A stretch of DNA of 64,000 nt from Eledone cirrhosa (lineage: Eukaryota): assembly GCA_964016885.1 (NCBI GenBank), contig OZ024756.1:34100001-34164000 (forward strand), written 5' to 3'. A model generated the notes under the pieces. That model was not told where the DNA came from and made no database searches. It saw only the letters and a program-made list of their open reading frames with translations. Positions 53,055 to 64,000 of the stretch are shown here, in pieces; the first letter of the stretch is position 1, and each line of letters opens with the position of its first letter. The translations under genes were made by a program, and so were the position numbers.

Positions 53055-53445
53055 AGGGAACCTCGACATGGTCATAGCACGACCTGCTAGAAATAGCAGC
53101 TATGTGTTAATCTTTCAATGATATAACGGGGGGTACCTCGACATGGTCATAGCACGACCTGCTAGAAATAGCAGCTATGCGTTAATTTTCATTGATATAA
53201 CGGGGAAGCCTCGACATGGTCATAGCACGACCCGCTAGAAATACCAGCTATGCGTTAATTTTCATTGATATAACGGGGAAGCCTCGACATGGTCATAGCA
53301 CGACCCGCTAGAAATAGCAGCTATGATTTATTATATATTTCCTTGTTATATCTATGGCAGTGAAAATTGTTAATAGCTGCTATTTCTAGCGGGTCGTGCT
53401 ATGACCATTTCGATGTTCCCACGTTATATCAATGAGAGATTAATA
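53055..53445. repeat. 73-75-bp tandem repeat x4 plus one inverted copy
   Basis: cctcgacatggtcatagcacgacc at 53061, 53136, 53209, 53282; reverse complement at 53373-53445. Confidence 0.9.
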
Positions 53446-54111
53446 CCTGCGGTTTCGGAAGCATCCGATGATGTTGACCAGTTCTCTTTTTCAAGTAGTG
53501 TTTTCGATGCTCAGAGAGTGGGATTGATCGAGTGCAAGGCCTTTCCCCACTTTAAAAAAAACAACTTCAAATCACAGGCATTGCTTATTCAGGATCTGTT
53601 ACAGGTTCGTGTGGCTGGCCGTAGCCTAAAAAAATGCACTATTTTCTGTAATCTGACAAGCGATTGCAATACTCTTAGCAGAGTTTGCAGCCATAAAAGT
53701 GTATTTACAACGTCCAAAACAACCCAGAGTCAATTTGCCTTTCATCCTTATAGAGCTACTATTTCTAGCAGGCCAGGCGACCACATAGAGTGATTGCCTC
53801 GTGACCAACACCGCTGGCTTTTTTTTTTTTGTTATCATCCATCCAATGCTGTTTCAATATTTTATAGTGTTTTCACTTGGGAATCGGTTTGTTTTCTGGT
53901 TCTAGAAAACAGCCATTGGTAAATAGAATTCTAGGTTGTATAGAGATAGATCCTGTTTGAGGAGATTAGATATCTTGGTAGTCCCGTTACGACAATTGAT
54001 TTATGCAAATTATCTCTCTCATTATTTGGTATCAGATGGAATTCCAAGGTAACGTTTGCTGATGTTTCCTCTGCGTGTATACGTGTCAATGTGCACGTGT
54101 TTACACACACA

Positions 54112-54157
<46 letters not shown>

Positions 54158-54841
54158 CAGATATATATATATATATACACATACATATATATACACACAT
54201 ATACATATACATATATATACGTGTGTGTGTTTATATACGTGGACGAACGGGTGTTTACATACGTGTGTGTGTGTATATATATATACATACACACAGCATA
54301 TATTAAAAAATCTAAGATAAACCTATGAAGGTATAACCAGTTTGAAATTGTAAGCCTCGCTACCAAGGTTACCTAAAGATTTAATGATACATACACAGAC
54401 ATAGAACATACACACATACGTACACACACATATACACACGCACACACAAACGCATACATAAACATACATGCACACACATACATCATACTAAATATAAAAT
54501 AGTTTTGACGTCTTCAATATTCTAAGAAGGAACTCAATCGCTATTTTTATCTATTTGTCAAAAGAACATAGAGACAATGTGGTGTCCTGACCATACACTG
54601 CCACAACGTCCCGCTCGTCTCTTGACCATGACCTGACCAGTGTCTAGCCCTTCTCGAGACCATATACTGACCACAATGTCCATCCTTCTCTAGACCTAAC
54701 ACTGACCACTACATCCAATTCTTCTCTAGCTCATCTCTTGATCAGAGTCCAGTCCTTCTCTTCACCATGCACTGATCACAGTAGCCAGTCCATCTCAAGA
54801 AGAAGAAGAAGAAGAAGAAGAAGAAGAAGAAGAAGAAGAAG

Positions 54842-54910
<69 letters not shown>

Positions 54911-55265
54911 TTAAAACAATGAAATAAAAAATGAAGTCATTAGAGATATACTTCACTGCTTTACGATCGTTTCTAGATGGTGATAATACATTGTATTTAT
55001 ACTCAGTTATTGATCTATGTAAGTTTACAAACTATCAGATAGAGAGAATATTTACTTACATGCATATCACCAGCTGTAATTTTATTTCATTGTTTTAACT
55101 TATATCATGACTCTGTTTTCCTTTTAATGTTTTATTGTTTTCTGAGATTTATCTTAACCTACAACATTTTCAACATATGGATTACATTGAGTTCTTCATA
55201 CAGAATAGACCCCACAACTTACAGTGGATACCTCTGTATATATATATATATATGCATTAATAAAT

Positions 55266-55312
55266 TGCTCCGAAGAATCCAAACCTCGGTTTGGAGGAAA
55301 CAGCTGTAAGCA
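55266..55312 (+). ncRNA. Degenerate hammerhead ribozyme motif (core U4->C)
   Basis: TGCT-CCGAAGA-a TCCAAACC tc GGTTTGGA g-GAAAC AGCT GTA-AGCA. The downstream tail (55353-55520) recurs at 3843-4020. Confidence 0.6.
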
Positions 55313-55858
55313 CAATAATGTTTTGAACAGTTCTTTGATTCTTATATTTCATATAACTGCTCTGTAAATCATCTGATGTTTTTACATTGAGCTACTTAAC
55401 TTACTGGTAATAAGGTAGTAATACAATACTGCCTACCACTATTTAGGGTGTGTGTAAAATACTTACATCTGCTTAAGGTCTTGTATTTACATAACCATAA
55501 ATAGTATAACTAATACTATATATTTATATATATATATATATATATATTCAGGTTTGAGGTTCACCACTGGATAGAGCTGGTCAATTCCGTATGGTCAATC
55601 TTAATGTAATAATATGGAGAGTACTCAACGTAAAGCAGTTCAACCGTCTTTGTTTTTGTAGTTGGTGGTGCTATTACGGAGTTAAATATTATAATGGAAT
55701 GACAGGAGGCTGGATTTGTGTAAATCCTTGAAAGGTTTATTATACTATGATCATTTCACTTGAGGGCGACCGGCAAAGGTGGAAGATGCTGGGTGGCGGT
55801 CGTCCTCAGGTCTTTGATTTTCAGCCCCATGGATTTTATCTATTACATTCACTTTCGA

Positions 55859-55916
55859 ATACCTGATGATATCACCGGATTCATACGGAACCCGGTCATT
55901 GAAATGATCATAGTAT
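55859..55916 (+). ncRNA. Minimal type-I hammerhead ribozyme motif
   Basis: ATAC-CTGATGA-tatcACCGG..CCGGTcatt-GAAA TGATC ATA-GTAT: palindromic stem III ATGATCAT, AUA triplet; its 3' half is duplicated as an inverted repeat at ~55695-55758. Confidence 0.65.
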
Positions 55917-56435
55917 AATAAACCTTTCAAGAATTTACACAAGTCCAGCCTCCTGTCATTCCATATATATATAATAAAATTTCAGGTTATCAATAATGTA
56001 GTGATAATATATCGTTACGTTAGAGATGAACAGCGTACGTGCAGGTTTGCTCAACGAGTATAAATTATATTCCGGAGAAAATGTAGAAAGGATGAATATA
56101 AAATGAAAAACAACACTCGCAGACAAGGCTTGGCAGCTGCGTGAAAATAACCAACAATTTCACCTAAAATGGGATATAATAGCGGCTGTCATATACTATC
56201 CCCTCTGTTTCTTCCTCTATTACTAATATAAATACTTCAATTTTTCTGATTTTATCCAATTTATCCAAAATCTCTGAAGACGTGACAACTGATTATACAT
56301 TTGCTATCGAATACCTGCTAACATTATATGATTACGCAAGCAGCGATACATAAGTATTCCGTCTGTTACAGAAACATATGTCAATACCTAATAAATTCCT
56401 TTTTAAAAAAAGCACTTTCATTTTATATTCATCCT

Positions 56436-56491
<56 letters not shown>

Positions 56492-56525
56492 TATATATAT
56501 CAAATAAAACATGTATCCGATATAT

Positions 56526-56597
56526 CCATGCTGCGGGATCGAACCCTGAACCTCTACTCGCGATTACTAAGCAAACGACTTAACCATTCGGCTATAC
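56526..56597 (-). pseudogene. tRNA-like sequence (tRNA pseudogene or isolated SINE head)
   Basis: GTATAGCCGAATGGTTAAGTCG..TTAGTAA..GGGTTCGATCCC: A and B boxes present, acceptor stem poor. Confidence 0.5.
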
Positions 56598-56757
56598 TGT
56601 ATCCGATCCGACAAGTACTACACATATTTTAGCCATGGATTATATGGTAACACAGCTGGGATAGGATAGGATTGGGTATGAGAAATGAGACTCTGGAGGA
56701 ACAGCAGCCTGACTAGGTCACATTTCAGTCTATTAATACCCCTTCCCTTCTCTTTCC

Positions 56758-57355
56758 AACTACTACTACTACCACTACTACTACTGCTACTACTACTACT
56801 ACCACTACTGCTACTACTACTAATAATAATAATACTGCTATTGCTACTACTACTACAACCTCCACCACTACCATTACTACTAATACTATTCTTACTATTA
56901 CCACTATTCCTACTACTACTACTACTATTACTACAACTACTACTGCTATTACTATTACTACCTCTATTGCTACTACTACTATTACTACTACTGCTGCTGC
57001 TGTTGCTACTACTACAATTGCTACAATTACTACTACTATTACTACAACTAATACTACTACAACTACTACTGTTACTACTACTGTTACTACTACAACTGCT
57101 ACTACTATTACTACAGCTGCTACTACTACTACTAGTATTCCTACTACTGCTGCTGCTACTACTACTACTATTACTACTACTACTGCTACAATTACTACTA
57201 CTGCTACAATTACTACTACTACTGCTACAATTACTACTACAGCTACTACTACTACTGCTACTATTACTACTACTACTGCTGCTACAATTACTACTACAGC
57301 TAATACTACTACTACTACTATTACTACTACCACTACTACCACCACCACCACCACT
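56758..57355. repeat. Degenerate (CTA)n trinucleotide tract
   Basis: Direct inspection. Confidence 0.93.
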
Positions 57356-57469
57356 CTGTAATGAAGGTCGTCCCCACACATTCCTCCCCTCTTCAAACTT
57401 ACTATTCTACATTTAAATAGTTGAGACCAGCTATCTACAGTGTATTAACCACTTAACAGTAGTATGATG

Positions 57470-57868
57470 TGTGGTTAGAGAGAGGGGACTAGATAGAGAG
57501 GGGGTTAGAGAGAAGGGGACTAGATAGAGAGGGGGGTTAGAGAGAGGGGACTAGATAGAGAGGGGATTAGAGAGAGGGTTACAGAAAGAGGGGGACTAGA
57601 TAGAGAGGGGGCTACAGAAAGAGGGGGGAGACTAGATAGAGAGGGGGTTACAGAAAGAGGGGGACTAGATAGAGAGGTGGTTAGAGAGAGGGGGACTAGA
57701 TAGAGAGGGGATTAGAGAGAGGGGGACTAGATAGAAAGGGGATTAGAGAGAAGGGGACTAGATAGAGAGGGGGTTAGAGAGAGGGAGACTAGACAAAGAG
57801 GGGGTTAGGAAGAGCGGGGGTTAGGGAGTTAGAGAGAGAATACAGTGAGAGAGAAAGAGATAGAGCCA

Positions 57869-57899
<31 letters not shown>

Positions 57900-57920
57900 G
57901 GGAGAGAGAGAGAGAGGAGA
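57470..57920. repeat. Purine-rich ~28-bp minisatellite (ggggactagatagagagggggttagagaga)
   Basis: Direct inspection. Confidence 0.88.
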
Positions 57921-58029
57921 GACGGTTAAATGTTAGTTCGTTCAGTTATTGTACTTCATCTTTTGATATAAAATACTGAAACCATTGAAGACTCTTGACC
58001 TCGGCTGCCTCGTCTATTACAAGTCTTTT

Positions 58030-58340
58030 GGCAGTAATCCGGTAGAGTGTCCGGGATGTTTTGGGACATATAGTTACGGCCCTTTACGTTCTGAGTTCAA
58101 ATCCCGCCGAGGTCAGCTTTGCCTTTCATCCTTAAAGGGGTCGATAAGCTAAAGTACCAGTAATGCACTGGGGTGCTCGATTTAATCGACTTTCCTCTAC
58201 TCTTCAAATTGCTGGCCTTGTGCCTAAAGTAGAAGCAATTATTTGTTGTGGTGGATTGGCAAAATCGGTAGAGCGTCGGACATGCTTTGTGGCATATAGT
58301 TACGGCCCTTTACGTTCTGAGTTCTAATCACGGCGAGGTT
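58030..58340 (+). mobile_element. SINE family A, full copy plus a second head
   Basis: B box GAGTTCAAATCC, Meta-like core, tail ggccttgtgcctaaagtagaa. Confidence 0.8.
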
Positions 58341-58793
58341 ATATATTTCTAGTTGTAATATTTTTATATATTTATCCCTGGTTTTGCCGAAAGACACCCA
58401 TAAATGTTCCTGCCCATTCTTTGCCGTGATACCCCGTCCAATCCGTTGTGCGAACAAGCATTATAAATGTAATCCTTGCTTAATGCACAAAATTGCACGC
58501 CAGCAGGTAGCTGACGAGGTAGTATACAATTGTCTGTTCGAGTTATGTAAATATTTTTCTGCATGTATTTTCTCATGATTATATATTTCATCTCGTCAAA
58601 TGACGTAAACTTCATTCTATCTATTCTATCATTCGGTAAGCATAAAATTAAATAAAATTGAATTAAATTAACTTAAATTAAATTAGGTAATACTATATTT
58701 GTTTAACCATTGTTGAAAAGTTAACATAACTTTTTAAATACTGTTGCCTGTTCCAACACCACTGTATAAACCAATTCACTCACATTGCACACG

Positions 58794-60655
<1,862 letters not shown>

Positions 60656-61505
60656 GATGAAGGTATGTGTGTATATATAGGTGTAAGTGCACTAAATCCC
60701 TTTCTATCACGCTCCACTCTCCTACCCATCACAGGAAGATATGTGTATGTATATTGCTTCCACCCCCTCACTGACCAGCAGCTGGCGATTGCTAAATCTG
60801 ACCTTTATAAAATAACCCACACCCCAAATAACTTCTCATTCACTACCAGAAAGGGACACAGCAGTCAACCTGTTGTTGCTACCAAGATGAAAACTGCTAT
60901 GAAATCCCACAATGAATTTTATACTTGAATTTTCAAGTCTCAAATTTTAACTCTTCGTATTATTAATTTTTCTTAATATTAATCAACATTTGAAAAGATG
61001 GCTTTTGCAGACCCATCGAAACCGGTCATTTTTTATACCCTTTATTATTTCCTTACCTTATAAAATTATGTTTTTTCACAAAAAAGTATTCTGTCTCTTA
61101 TATATTCCATGTGCCATTACCAACCTCAATTTTCTCTATAACCTTCGCTTTGTGTAGAAAATTACACTTTTCATATATATATATATATATATATATGACT
61201 CTCCCTATCTATGTCACCTCATAGAACAATCGTAAGGCTGGCTGTTCCGGTACTTAGTTTTTAAACTGTTGAATTGTTTGTTCCTTGCTCATGAAAACAT
61301 AGCATCCCCCACTACCACCATCACCACTACCATACCACAACACATTCAACAATTAGCCCACTAACCCACCGCTCAAGCTCATTGTATCTATGTAACCCTC
61401 TCTACTTCATGTCACCTCATACGACCTACAATCGTAATTTTTACAAACAAACGCCCTAGTTCCCTGCTATAAGACATCTGCCAGCTAAGACACAACACAT
61501 TGTAC

Positions 61506-61588
<83 letters not shown>

Positions 61589-61674
61589 AGTGGGCGGCTG
61601 ATGAAGATAGATGCTTTTTTTTTTTTTGTTCATTGTCCTTCGTCCTCTAAGTTTGTTTTTCTTCTTTTAACCCC

Positions 61675-61705
<31 letters not shown>

Positions 61706-61846
61706 ACACATCACATCACAAGCAAGAATATATTTCGGTACAGAAAGTTCACTGGAATGTTCTAGAAGAGCTAGCTATATACAATACTGTGACTTACAAG
61801 GGGAAACTAGATTTTGAATACCCACACAACTATCTATCTATCTAGA

Positions 61847-61884
<38 letters not shown>

Positions 61885-62330
61885 CTTGAACCACCCATCT
61901 ATCTATCTAGCAAACTTGAGCCATACAGCTACCTATCAGCTTTAACCACATATCTCTCTTTCTAGCAAACTTAAACCACACATCTATCTATCTAGCAAAC
62001 TTGAACGACACATCTCTCTATAGGTACCAAGCTTGAACGCCCCATCTATCTATCTAGCAAACTTGAACGACACATCTCTCTATAGGTACCAAGCTTGAAC
62101 GCCCCATCTATCTATCTAGCAAACTTGAACCACACATCTCTCTATAGGTACCAAGCTTGAACGCCCCATCTATCTATCTAGCAAACTTGAACCACACATC
62201 TCTCTATAGGTACCAAGCTTGAACGCCCCATCTATCTATCTAGTAAACTTGAACGACACATCTCTCTATAGGTACCAAGCTTGAACCCCCCATCTATCTA
62301 TCTAGCAAACTTGAGCCACGCAGCTATCTA
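61885..62330. repeat. 62-bp dimeric minisatellite (two related ~31-bp subunits)
   Basis: catctatctatctagcaaacttgaac at 61981, 62043, 62105 and onward. Confidence 0.92.
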
Positions 62331-63053
62331 CCTAGTTACCTACCTATCAATAAAATCTCCGAATTAGCTGTGATAATAAAACAAATGACTCAGCTAATTT
62401 TATAAAATACAATAACGGAGTAATAACTGTTTTTAATCAGCTAAATAATCTAGCGTGTGTATGTGTGTTTGTCTGTCTATGTGTATATATGTGTGTGTGT
62501 GTGCGTGTTTGTCTATGTATGTGTGTGTGTGTGTGTGTGTCTGTGTGTGTCTGTGTAAGGCAAGTGTCTTCTGCTATAGCTGCGGGTTGACCATTACCTT
62601 GTGAGTGGAATAGGGCAAACAGAAACTGCAGAACCCGGTCACATGTGTGTGTCGCGCGCGCGCGCATGCGTGTGCATGTGTGCGAGTTTACGATATTGCC
62701 CCAGCATGGCCGCAGTCTAGTGACTGAAACTAGTAAAAGAATATAAGAATTCTATACAATGTATTTATTGTGCTTTGTCCGTCAATTGGCCTCACAGTGG
62801 CTTCCTTAAATCTTACTATAAATATAATATATAGCCTGTAGGTAATGTCGGCCTGCCTGCCTGCCTATTTGTCTGTCTGTCGGCCTGCCTATCTGTCTGT
62901 CTGTCTGTCTAACTCGGTTGTGATAAGTAGCAGGCATGTGAAAGGGTGGGTTGACCTCCGAATACTGAGGTCAATTTAAAGCGAGGCGAAAGCGTGAGAA
63001 AGATGGAGAAGAGAGGAAAGATAGATTTAAAAACTAACTGAAAACAAGAATAG

Positions 63054-63120
<67 letters not shown>

Positions 63121-63139
63121 TGTCTGTGTGTGTATTTGG

Positions 63140-63278
63140 CCGGTATTTATCCCGGTTTCATGGCGTGAAGCGACTGAGAGTACAAGACTCCACCCTGGAC
63201 AGGACGCCAGTCCATCGCAGGGTTAAACCCCCAACTATTGCTGGTACTCATTTTCAGCTGAGTATCCTGGAGCAACTA
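63140..63278 (-). mobile_element. SINE 3' fragment with V-domain-like block
   Basis: Reverse complement contains CAGCTGAAAATGAGTACC..CCTGCGATGGACTGGCGTCCTGTCCAGGG. Confidence 0.55.
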
Positions 63279-63279
63279 C

Positions 63280-63409
63280 TTGGGGTAGTAGAATGGGTAA
63301 TGTGTTCAGGACCCCGACGGCTGAGCTCCAGCCGTTTCGACAACTAGATCCGAACTCATCTAGCTGTCGAAACGGCTGGAGCTCAGCCGTCGAGGTCTTG
63401 AATCTCTTC

Positions 63410-63412
<3 letters not shown>
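63280..63412. mobile_element. Hairpin element (copy 3), abutting (TA)n
   Basis: Arms ~63305-63349 / 63358-63402; same GACGGCTGAGCTC..GCCGTTTCGAC core. Confidence 0.65.
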
Positions 63413-63464
<52 letters not shown>

Positions 63465-63719
63465 TCCATTTCACGGTTTAAGGGGGAAGAGCGAGGTTGA
63501 GTGCGGCTGCACCCCCCCCCCCTCACACACACACACACACACACAGTGGGAAGTGATCAACTTGTAATCTACAAGCGTCAAAATGACGAAGGAACTCACC
63601 CACACACCACCAACACCACCAACACCACTCGCAATCTCATTACAAGCCGTATGTATCTCACCATTGCTAGAGTCGGTAATGCTTAGGACAATTACTTAGC
63701 AGCATTTGTTCCTCTTCTT

Positions 63720-64000
63720 TACACCCTGAGTTCAAATCTAACCAAGCTCAACTTAAACTTAGTTTTTTTTTTTTTATCCTTCCGGGGTAGATATAATTGA
63801 CTTCTCCCCTCCCAGCCATCCTTCTGTCCCCTCACCTTAAATTGCTGGCCTTGTGCTTGAAGTAGAAATCATTTGGATTGGCAGTATCGATAGAGGGTCG
63901 GACGCTATGCTTTGCAGCATAGAGTTACGTCCCTTTATGATCTGAGTTCAAATCCCGCCGAGGTTAACTTTGCCTTTCCTCCTTACGGGGTCGATAAAAT
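63720..64000 (+). mobile_element. SINE family A, two tandem copies (second runs off the window)
   Basis: A box at ~63879, B box at ~63944, Meta-like core. Confidence 0.8.

Noticed and set aside
53401-53838. 130-aa and 70-aa ORFs as a transposase fragment
   Set aside because: No recognisable DDE or other motif; begins inside an inverted repeat.
56618-57416. Ser-, Leu- or Val-rich ORFs
   Set aside because: Degenerate (CTA)n tract, open in several frames.

Overview
This is eukaryotic, very AT- and microsatellite-rich genomic DNA. Its repeat families (tRNA-derived Meta-type and CORE-type SINEs, PHD-bearing RTE LINE remnants, (TA)n-associated Penelope-type fragments) look like an octopod cephalopod; this is inference, not a database hit. 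I can support one protein-coding gene: a minus-strand, six-repeat beta-thymosin (WH2, ciboulot/Csp24-like) of 239 aa. It has 7 coding exons (28937-28817, 28014-27901, 24080-23967, 20337-20224, 17937-17824, 17530-17417, 14271-14243), all introns GT-AG and phase 1. Three of the 114-nt exons are near-identical because a ~3.3-3.9 kb exon+intron unit was triplicated in tandem. The most striking non-coding signal is a set of minimal type-I hammerhead ribozyme motifs (at least 3 near-intact, several degenerate) in short elements beside (TA)n tracts. A related family of long hairpins folds back at what looks like hammerhead stem II. The rest is SINEs, MITEs, LINE remnants and many mini/microsatellites; almost all long ORFs in the track are repeat artefacts.
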